Of a DNA stretch of 64,000 bases, positions 27,463 through 37,800 are shown piece by piece. This DNA comes from Centruroides vittatus (lineage: Eukaryota), in NCBI RefSeq assembly GCF_030686945.1, contig NW_027122708.1:5610248-5674247 (forward strand), written 5' to 3'. Numbering within the stretch: position 1 is the stretch's first letter; every line of letters starts with the position of its first letter. The position numbers and the translations under genes are program-made. The notes under the pieces were generated by a model. That model was not told where the DNA came from and searched no databases. It saw nothing but the letters and a program-made list of their open reading frames with translations.

Positions 27463-30400
27463 CATTATATTTAAATATATTGTAGTTTTTTCCGGAATAA
27501 TTTGTTTCAGATTTTTAAATTTCTTTATATTTTATGTGTATATTTCTATCACAGAGATAAGAAAAATATGAAAATCTCTTCAATAGCCAAATATACATTA
27601 GTTTATACAAACTTAAGAACAGTATTCTGTTCTTAATTAGTAATTTGGTATATTAATATAATTCAAAATCTAATCAATTTAAATTAAATTTTACTATTTT
27701 CATATCTCAGTCTTAATATAATAGTCTTGTTATATGTCTTGTATATTATTGACTGAAAAAAACCATAGGAAAAGTAGTAATTTTTTTCATATTTATTCCA
27801 AGAATTATTTATTTTAAAGTATTTATTTATATAAATTTAAATAAATTAGAGTGATTTTAATTTATTTTAATTCAATTTTCTACTTTTAAATAAAAAAATT
27901 ATTTTATTTGTGTAAAGCTCTTCTGTAATAATAAAAAAACTTAATATATTTATACAGATAAATATAAATATTGGATTTATATAGTTCATGTAGATAAATA
28001 TTTTAAAATATATACGTAATCATATAAATAAAAAAAATAATAATAATAATAATTTAAATTTACAATTTTTGTGATCACGTGTTTACAAAACTAATCTTGT
28101 TTTGTTTAAGTTACTTCTATCGGATTTCCTGAATTATTTTATATTAATATATTCTCTATGAGCCTAAATTTTCTTTCGTAAATTTCACATTGCGTGTCCA
28201 TCGATCCTTATGTATATTTACCAGAGCAGAATAAATAAACTATTTTTCCCTTTATCGGAATCCGTAGCTGGGAAATTTGTTTTTTTCTAACACAATTTTC
28301 ATAAATGAATGATTTTAATGTTGTTCTAAATACTGAATATGATTGATCTTAACTTATTTTCAACAGATACGTATCCATTGTGCTCTTTTCTACATTAATT
28401 AATTAACGATTTATCATTTAAGTCCGACAAATCGATAAATTATTTTCTTTTTATCAGATTAAAACATATCGATTGACCATAAATGTTTGTTTACAAAGAA
28501 AGCTGTAAGAACAAGAGCATTTCAAATTTATTTTTCATTCTTTTTAAATGGAAATTTCTTCCAGAAAATGGTGCCAATTGACTAAGTGCATAATGGTTTA
28601 TACGTAAGATGAATGAAGTTTAAAAATTCTATTAAAAACATAAAGAAAATACCTTATTGAACACCTTCAATCACATTTATTCGGTATAAAAAAATAAGAT
28701 GGTAAATATCCTATATAATTTTATATTATACAATAGAGATTCTTCATTTTTTAATGAAGATTATAAAATATTAATATTAAAATTAATTATAATTCAAAAC
28801 AAATTAATCTACTTTACTTAAAATTAAGTATTATTTACATATTACTTAATAAATTGTGCTAATTAATAGGATGAGAATTACTCAAATTTTAGTTTTGATT
28901 AGTGGCAAATACAATCTACTATCTTATATTATATTCTATAAAACCTATTATGTCACCTTATCTTAGCAAATTTTACGTCAAACCATTCTAGATTATTTTG
29001 AACGGGGACAAAGACATTTCAAGAGACTCGTGTGCGGAAAACCTTTTTATAAGATAAATGCATCTGGAAACACGTTTACTATTTTTATATTGCTGAGATC
29101 ATTGACGTTATGAAAGCGGTACAATTTTTCTTTCGTGCGATTCGTTTGTAGAATGCCATTGCATAAAATCGAGCTCGATTGTAGCTGAGTGTTAGTAATT
29201 ACACATTGACTTTGGAAAAGGTAATACAATATCAAAAATTTATCTTATTGTTTAAAATATATATTATTAGTTTAAATAAATATCGTTTATTTTTTATATT
29301 ATTATTCACAATTCTATATTCACCTAATTCAGTTGCACGCTGCCTAATATCTGTATTTATTATATAAACAGTTTAAGATTGCATATTACGAATACCGTTA
29401 CATTGTGCAAGTAGCACGAAATACATTAACGTCCTCAATACTAACGATTCAAAGACCCGGCTCTTTATCTTATTCTCCATTTCTAATTTTGTAATAAAAT
29501 AATATAAGCAGCGACGTAACTAAACCTCTGCACAACGGGGGTAACCCAGAGGTCTGGGGAGCCTGAGCCTGCATTAAAAAATTTGTGCATAGATTGATAT
29601 CTACAAACATATTAACATAATTAGGCCTAATTTTACATCTATGACAGGTCTAAACTTAAATAATTAGGTCTAATATAATTTTATTTTATTCCTCGATATA
29701 AATTTACTATTTTTATCGTATATATTTATTAATTTATCAACTAATGTAAAATTACATACAGAATATTTGATTATATTGATAAATGAAACAAAACTAGAGT
29801 TAATAATAATAATAATAACAACAACAACATAGTAATCTGTAATAACCCAAAATAAATTTAAAAGTAATCAAATACATATTTCAAGTTAAGAATAGGGGAA
29901 GAACAGTCCGTTTATTTATTATTTTATTGGAATACGAACAAATATACGAAGTGTACAGGGAATAAAGTGACCTAGAACCTGGAAAACTTTTCTAGGTTCC
30001 AGTAATTGAAATACTCATATCTTTCTATTACTACTACCGTTATATAGTTTTTCTTCAGTCCATTAGAATATTTTGCACTCTTCTAGATTTCGTCTTAACG
30101 ACATATCGGTAATGCCAGTTTAATGTATAATCACACAAAAAAAAAAATGATTTGTATAAGAAATAATTTTTTATGTGGAATTAAATATGGGAAAACCTAC
30201 AAAAGAAGGCCAACTCCACTTTGTGATCGTGCGCTTCTACGATGTAAAAAGCGTGAATTGTAAGTTTACAAAAGAAATTAGTTTTAACAATTTTCTTTCG
30301 CTAAAGTAGAGAATATTATGATTAAATGTCGAATGAATGGGAACTTTTGTTCTTCGTACTTAAAGACAATAATCTAATGACACGTGGTCCATCTCTCTTA

Positions 30401-33400
30401 TGTACTGTACGTTTCAAAAAAATGTACAGATGGTCAAATTAATATTTCGAATAAATTAGTGTACGATTGCTATTTAAAATAAGCATAAATAATTTTAGGT
30501 CTGTTAGATTAACAGAATAGAGTCAAGATGAAATGAAATTAAAGCATAAGCAAGTAGATATAGGCATCAAATTTCTCTACTAAATATGATTTTGCACTTT
30601 TCTTTATAGTGTATAAGGTATTTAGCATCAGTTACACATGTATACGTATTCGATTTAACAATTAAATTTTTCACAGAGCAATTATAATTGTTTAAATATT
30701 GAATAATTATTAGAATTATATTTTATTTATTGATTTGTAATAGCAAGATCTAAAAAAGTACAAATAGGGCGAGTATATTTAGAATGATGTAGGCTATATA
30801 CAAAAGGGGTGAAGGAATAGAACTGTTTATGGATAAAGTGGACGCGACTGACGTCACTGTGATAATTTTCTGTTATTGATTGTTATGATTATAGAAGTTT
30901 ACCCCAAATGGGGGCAAGTTGGAAAAAATATACTTTGTTGCTGAATATGTTGTATTTTCAATTCTTTGAATCTAGTCCTATTTTTATACTTTATTTATGT
31001 AAATTTTATCAAAGTGCATATAATTTTTTAAATGTTTGAAAATGAATTACACCAACTTATCCGTCTCTTTCTTATAAAAATTGGGAAGATTATAGATTTT
31101 CTGACTGAATAAATGACTATAATGGGCATATCAGCTATTTGTTGAAAGTTTTCTGCTTGTAAATATTTCGAAAATCTTAATTTATATATAAATTTAAGCT
31201 TGTAAAAGTATAAATATAATATCTAACTACATCTACAGGAACATGGAAACGTTTAACTTTAAATTAATTTTGTCGAAAAGTTTTAATTTCAATGAAATAT
31301 TTTGAAATATTTTACAATTCAATACTATATAAATAAATTTTTCAATATTATAATATAATTAAAATTTACTTAAATTCACTAAACAAAATAAATTTGATGA
31401 GGTTTTAAATAACTTTTCAAAAATCTTCTCTTATCTTAAAATAAAATATGCTTAATAATTATAAAACTGTGCGTAATAAATAAAAAGATTGCATTTTCTA
31501 TGCAATTTTTAAATATTTTTTTTTTTTGCTATATTTTATTATAAGCAAAGTCGAAACATTTCACATTAAAAACACTCTCACTGTTTACATCTTGATGATG
31601 GGACAAAACATAACAATAGCGAATATTTTCCATTAACCAATCGTCAAAGAGCAGAAAATTATCACAGTGACGTCAGTCGCGTCCACTTTATTTCATTTGA
31701 AACCGGAAATTGCTTGTCCCGAACCAAACGTTTCGACTGTTGCCAGCTCGTATTCGAATTTTCAAATTAGTGAGGTGGATGAGCTGGTTGCAGCTATTGG
31801 TCAAATCCTATCTGACATAATAAAATCACTTTCACTTCTTTTAAAGTTGATTTTATGCGCTTTCTCTCTTAAAATTCGATTATAGAAATAAATAATATAA
31901 ATAAATAGAATTCTGTTTTTTTTTTAAATTTCTGGTACGATTTTTTTTTTAAATCGGACTAAATAAAATTTTTTATTTCGATTTTTTTTTGTTTGCGCTT
32001 CTGAAAATAACCAGCGAAAGGAGATTGGCATCATCAAAATTCCACATTCGATTGGCTTTTCCTTCTCTTCCTCTTTATCTCCTGTTCATACTCGCTTTTT
32101 AGCATAATAAAATTACTGTAAACTACGAGAGAAATATTTTTCCTAGTGCAATATGGGATTGTTTCCTCCAGTTTCTATGTCAACGGAAATGGCAAGTTGT
32201 ATATATCTACCTGTAATATAAACAGGCACGACGTGAATATCAAAAGCAGTCATAAATTCGAGTTTGTCGAAATTTTTCATGAATTGTTGTAGGTGCTTCA
32301 ATATCTTCTCGTATTATTTGTATTTGTTTCATTGGAAGGATGATTAATAAAGTTTTATTCTTTAAAATTCGATATTAAAGCTGAATTTAATTTGATTAGA
32401 ATAACCATGGATAAAGTTTGAATGTTTTTTTTGGAAATATATTATTAAAATTTTAACTAAATAAAACTTTAATGTAGAAAAATTATATATTCTTAGATTT
32501 ATGATTAAGCATAATATTATAGCTCCATCTGAATTACAGCCTATTCTAATTCATTAGAAGAAACAGCCATAACTCTTACAGGCCATGTACAATATTCTTT
32601 ATTCTTAAGTAATAAGGTTGAAATATAAATTATTTTTGCCATTAAATATGGAAAAAAATCACATATGGGACACGAATAAATTTAAATAATTAATAAAATA
32701 TAAAAATCAAAGTATAAATTTATATTACATTTTAAAATTTTGCTTCATTTCTTAATGATTATAAATGTAATTTTTTTATTTTCTTGTTAAGAAAATTGTA
32801 TTGATATGCTACAGTGAAATAATGATGATTGAGATTTATGTTCTATGTTAAAAAAACCGATCAAATAATTTCGAAAATTCATTTATTTTCAAATGAATAT
32901 CTAATATTGAAACAAATTTGTGTAAAAAATATGATCTTTATTACTTTTAGAAATTTTCCAACTGTGTGCCATGTTTGAAGAAACAACAATAATAAATTAT
33001 GTAGTTATTAACATTATAATCCGCTTAAAATGTCTGCAAAAGTCCCGTAAAATTAAAATTTCACTTTTAAATTTCTTATTTAAAAGTAAGTCTATTGTAA
33101 AATTACAATAACTATTTAACTGTAAGCAATTAAAACTTTTAAAAAAATTTACGCCAGGAAGAATGGATTTTGTTAACAGAATAAGAGTGAATAGGCGCAT
33201 ATTTATTGTAGTAAAAGGCAAAATTAACAGCATTTAATTTAAACATTATAAAAAAATAAATCGGCTAAAGATAATTTATTCATTAAACGTCGAAACATTA
33301 ATCTTTTAAATCATACAGTTAGATAGATTCCGAGTATTTTACGAATATCTGAACAGTGCAAAAAAAGATTTATATATAATAGACATCCACGGCGATAAGA

Positions 33401-33639
33401 TTATGATATAGTCAACACAATAATAATCATAACTCTACATTATTATAATAAAATATTCCAAAAATAATCTAACCTCATTTGGTTAAGAATAAGTAAAACA
33501 ATATCCAGTCAGTGATAAAAGAGATTAATTTAGAAAGTCAAAGAATTTGAAGTAATTGCGGAAAACAAGTGTAAACAGAAAATTTATTGTCTTGAATGCA
33601 AATGAAAGAATTTCGATTTAAAAATATAGGTACAATTCT

Positions 33640-33960
33640 AGGTCCGAATGAGGAGGTTGGGACTTTAACAGAGCTGTAGAGCATACTGATAGGAACAAAA
33701 AAAGTCTAATAAACCATGGGTGTACAGACGACCCTTCCCGAAATACAGGCCCCCAAAATGACTATATGTGAACTTTTCGAGACCCTCAAAAATGGGGTAA
33801 AATTTAAAAGTGAAAATTTTCGCAAGTACAACTAAAATTTCTGTTTCGAACGCTTTTTGTTACAACTGACTAGAGACTCCTAATGACACACCGATATGCC
33901 ATTGAAGCATCAAAGACGTCCTCATATGTAAATTATAAACGAAACGCAACCGATCTTTTG
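33640..33960. repeat. Family-D interspersed repeat copy.
   Basis: cttttcgagaccctcaaaaatggggtaaaatttaaaagtgaaaattttcgc is shared with 46840-46870 (gttttgagaccccctgaacccaaaaatggagtaaaattccgc). Confidence 0.4.
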
Positions 33961-34465
33961 CAGTTTTTATATTATATATATATATACACACACATATATA
34001 TATGCATATAATTAATATTAGACAAAATAAGAAGCATTAGTAGTTTAAATGATTTTTTTTTAAATATTGTGGCACACCGATTGAGAACCACTGTGTATGT
34101 GTACGAAGCAATAAGAAAGCATCAATCAATGATAGGCTATAAAGCACTTAAATGTAAATAATTATAATAATTATTAATTTTTTAATTATTTTATAATTGA
34201 ATTACAAAGCCTCTTACAATTAACAATAATCAAAAGTAATTTATTAAATTCCTACTATTAGTTCACACTCTCCCTATATTTATATATCTTGTTCAAATTT
34301 TCAATCGTTAATAAAATACTTTTTATTCATCCACTCAAGTTCAAATACATTTTTTTTAAACTTGTAGTGGATGACACTTGATATTAATACAGATTTTTTC
34401 AAATATTAATTCATTAATTAAATTTAATTATTGGTTAATGTTACCTGTGGTATCGAAGATGACGA

Positions 34466-34722
34466 CGGGGAACTTTTTCCCTAGATACTAGACGGCGACG
34501 GGGAAATTTCTTTTCCTTACGTTCGAGATGGCCGTGTTTCCGGTAATCTCGAATCAGATTATCGAGTGATAATCTGGAAGCAGATTAACAATGGATAATC
34601 TCGAAGTAGAATACCGAGTGATCTAAACGTTAGGGGCGTACCCGTACTATCTGTCGCATTATGCAAATTAATAAATTTCCCCGTCGCTGTCTAGTATCTA
34701 GGGAAAAAATTTCCCTAGTAGG
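34466..34722. mobile_element. MITE/foldback-like element with ~32-bp terminal inverted repeats.
   Basis: TIR ccctagatactagacGgcgacggggaaatttc (34484-34515) pairs with gaaatttccccgtcgcTgtctagtatctaggg (34672-34703) at 1 mismatch. Each TIR contains the palindrome gggaaatttccc-like core. The interior has two ~30-bp direct repeats (ggtaatctcgaatcagattatcgagtgat / ggataatctcgaagtagaataccgagtgat). Confidence 0.5.
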
Positions 34723-34767
34723 AATTGACTTAAAAATTTTTTTTTAATATATTACTTGTTTAATTTA

Positions 34768-35095
34768 AAATATATGCTCTTCACCTCAAATTAGTACTGT
34801 AGTGTCTTACTCCTGTACATTATACTTTCCTGCTAGCAATAGCCTGTGCCGGTTATCTAACTGTTTTCCGGGAGAATTTTTGAATTGAAATAACGTGACT
34901 TTCGGTTTGTATCGGAATTTTATGTATAGATATATAGTTAATCGAGGCTATTGCCGATAAGGTTTCCATATATGATCTCGGATTTCATATATCTAACTCA
35001 GTTCTTGAGATTAAGGAAAGACAGACAAACAGACGGATGACTGGGAATTTATAGGTCTACAATTTTTTTCAAATTACAACCCAAAAATCGAACAC
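34768..35095 (+). mobile_element. Family-C interspersed element, copy 1 (plus orientation).
   Basis: ...cctgctagcaatagcctgtgccggttatctaactg...atagttaatcgaggc...aatttataggtctacaatttttttcaaattacaaccc is shared with 61.65-61.79 kb and 62.04-62.17 kb. Confidence 0.65.
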
Positions 35096-35477
35096 GATAC
35101 TTATAAATCTAACTTCAAAATCTAGATAATTATTAATCATCTTTACTTTTGAATGAAACAAACTATAAACGCGAAAAATCATTTCCTAGAAAAATTCGAT
35201 TTTGGTTTAGTTTATATTCATGTTTTCAGACGTCCAAACTCCATTTAAATGGAATTTGAAATAGTGCCAGAAGTATACATCAATCAAGCATTAGCCAAAC
35301 ATTAACTTATATTAATACTTTTATATCTACCAAATAAACAAATTCGCTAAGATATTCACATTCGGGCAATGACACGCGTTTAATTTTATAATGAATCAAT
35401 AGAATACAGTATTAGCTTTTTCTCCTCTCATATTTTTCCGACGTATTGCATTTATCTCTCGTGCGTAACATTTTATT

Positions 35478-35790
35478 GGGCTGCAATTTGAAAAACTTGT
35501 AGACCTATAAATTCCCACTGCCGTCCGTCCGTCTGACTGTCTTTCCTTAATCTCGAGAAATAAGTTACATAGATGAAATGCGAGACCAGATATGGTAATC
35601 TTAGGGGCTTGAAGCCCGGATGAACTATATACGAACTTTCGATACAAATCAAAAGTTACGTTATTCCAATTCAAAAACTTTTCCCGAAAGCTGTTAGATG
35701 ACCGGCACGACTTTATTGTTAAAGGAAAAGTACGATGTACAGGGGCAAGCCACTACTAATTTGAGGTGGAGAGCATATATATTCAGTTTG
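35478..35790 (-). mobile_element. Family-C element, copy 2, in inverted orientation relative to copy 1 (spacer ~380 bp).
   Basis: gctgcaatttgaaaaacttgtagacctataaattccca...ttaaggaaag...ccggcacgactttattg...gtggagagcatatat is the reverse complement of the 34768-35095 copy, checked segment by segment. Confidence 0.65.
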
Positions 35791-36039
35791 TTTGTTTATA
35801 TAGTGTCGTGTCTATTGCTATATTCGAAGATCATATGGGGGAATTTTATTAAATTCGCATTTAAAAATTTTTTTATCCGTTCAACTCTGCTCTCCCAAAT
35901 CCTGAGTGGTCCACTGCTACAGAATATAGACAAAATATTGTAAATTGAGTCAATTAATTTTAAACTGTGCTGTTAACTACTAATTTAAATCAGTAGCTTA
36001 AAATAAAATAAAAGCAGCAGAACTGGAATTGAAGAGGTG

Positions 36040-37800
36040 GATAATAAATTGGGGCCCACAGGCTGCTCGCTTTCTCTCGAAGTGCGTTATATCGAGTCAC
36101 CAGGGTAGAATATATCCGAGTACATAGACGTCCGCATCAGTGGCGTAACTAGCATGGGTGACACCCGGTGCAGATATCGTGGTGTCACCTTTTTAAACTC
36201 TTTTATAAAACACTGTTGAATTGTAATATCTTCGCACTCGAGCAACTTGAACGCTATATTGAATATGCGATGTCGCGACCTATGAGTTTAGATTTATAGA
36301 ATAAATCATAGTAAGATTTTCAGCTGGTGCGAGCTCTCGTGGCGTCTCCTCATAGCGAAGAAACTGTCATGGGAGGCGAGCCGTTGACCTTTTGTTTTTT
36401 ATTTTTTTTTTATTTTTTAGGTACAGGCCTACCGGGTGTCACCCCTACACGAGTGACACCCGGGGCGGGCCGCCCCCTCAGCTACGCCTCTGGTCCGCAT
36501 AGGGAAAAAACGGGCACTTTCCCCCCTCCCTGGGATCGAATAAAAGAATTCCACAAATTATAATTGTAAAGGTCATGACATGTAACCTTATACCCTCGAC
36601 CAGGACTATTCTATAATCTACTCGTGGGATAGGGGGGCGTGTACTAGCCGCTGGAGGTACGGGTGAACTTTTAGTGAAGCTTGATAATTCTGTTCTGAGT
36701 GAATTGAAAACCCATAAGAAGCCGAAATATGACAATTTTAAAGAAGTGGTTATTTGTGAATAGACTTTCCTTGATTTTAATTGTGTGTTTATTAATAATT
36801 GCTGGGATTGAGTCCAATCCAGGCCCTTTCCCTCGATCTCCACAACAAATACGTCAAGAAGATATGCAAAGAAGGGGACGAGGCAGACCTTGCAAGAATA
36901 AGCTTCAAGAAAAAGAAAGGCAATTGAGCGATACATCTAGTGAACATTATTATCAGTTAGAGGATGTTTTTAATAAAAATAGTCCTGGGACCTCGAGAGC
37001 TACGAAAATTTACGACTACTTCGAAACTTCAAGAGATCTAGGGCCACAAGTTCAGGAAGAGTCACAATTTACATTGAAAGCAATATACGAGCTAATTCAA
37101 GATAAGTTCTCTCTTCTTCATACTGAACTACAAGGAATTAGAGCAGAAGTCATTGCTTTGAAAGAAGAAAATAAATATTTGAATGGAGAATTGTCAAAAT
37201 TATCCCAAAAAGTAGAAGAATTAGAGGAAATATCTAATAAGAATTGCCAATTGAAAGGTATGTTAGAATTTGAAATAGACCAGCTAGCTAACGTGAGAAA
37301 TAATAATAACATTATAGTTTTAAACTTTCCGTTCAACTCGACCGATCATGTAAAAGAAATTAATCAGTTTATAAAAAAGGACTTGGGAATAATTAATAGT
37401 CACATAAAAGGAGTGGTTAGATTAACCAAAAGTGAAATCAATCCCATAGTGAAAATATTATTGGGGTCCGTATATGATAGGAATCTGATTATTAAAGAAT
37501 TCTGGAAAAAGAAAGGCGACTTCAATAATAAAGTGAAGGAAAAGATAATAGTTACTTCGGATTTATGCATGAGATCCAGAATGAGAAGAAAAAAATTATT
37601 GGCAATAATTAAAGAAGAAAAACACAATGGGAATAGAATTATTATAAAAGATGATTATTATATTAAAGACAACATAAAATATACATATGATATTAATCTA
37701 GATAAAGTAGTCCAATTGAATGATTTTTCGAGAAGAATTGATCGTCATCTTAGTTCTGATTATGGCTAGATAGAAGAAATAATAGTTAGTTTGAATGTTT
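36040..37800 (+). mobile_element. Truncated or solo non-LTR (L1-clade-like) element: GC-rich 5' region plus ORF1, with no ORF2/RT downstream.
   Basis: A GC-rich block, 36040-36720, rich in inverted repeats (GTGACACCCGG / CCGGGTGTCAC), lies immediately 5' of ORF1. The sequence after the ORF1 stop (37770-39700) is AT-rich and ORF-free. No RT or endonuclease ORF occurs anywhere in the window. Confidence 0.55.
36729..37769 (+). CDS. Non-LTR retrotransposon ORF1 protein of L1 type (Transposase_22-like). It has an N-terminal 2A-like peptide and an AT-hook.
   Basis: 346-aa ORF starting at a real ATG. Residues 21-33 LLIIAGIESNPGP (nt 36789-36827) resemble the viral 2A / retrotransposon 2A-like motif (LLKLAGDVESNPG|P). 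RRGRGRPCKNK (GRGRP at nt 36876-36890) is an AT-hook. A heptad coiled coil (LHTELQGIRAEVIALKEENKYLNGELSKLSQKVEELEE) is followed by an RRM-like plus C-terminal domain. That region aligns from memory to human L1 ORF1p: NIIVLNFPF ~ NLRLIGVPE, GVVRLTKSE ~ HIIVRFTKVE, KIIVTSDLCMRSRMRRKK..IIKEE....RIIIKD.YYIKDNIKY ~ IRLTADLSAETLQARREWGPIFNILKEKNFQPRISYPAKLSFISEGEIKYF. Confidence 0.85.
   Translation: MTILKKWLFVNRLSLILIVCLLIIAGIESNPGPFPRSPQQIRQEDMQRRGRGRPCKNKLQEKERQLSDTSSEHYYQLEDVFNKNSPGTSRATKIYDYFETSRDLGPQVQEESQFTLKAIYELIQDKFSLLHTELQGIRAEVIALKEENKYLNGELSKLSQKVEELEEISNKNCQLKGMLEFEIDQLANVRNNNNIIVLNFPFNSTDHVKEINQFIKKDLGIINSHIKGVVRLTKSEINPIVKILLGSVYDRNLIIKEFWKKKGDFNNKVKEKIIVTSDLCMRSRMRRKKLLAIIKEEKHNGNRIIIKDDYYIKDNIKYTYDINLDKVVQLNDFSRRIDRHLSSDYG

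Noticed and set aside
36327-36936. ORFs 36327-36563 (+) and 36478-36936 (-).
   Set aside because: They are alternative frames through the GC-rich 5' region and the N-terminus of the ORF1 gene. They have no domain content, and they overlap the far better supported 36729-37769 frame.
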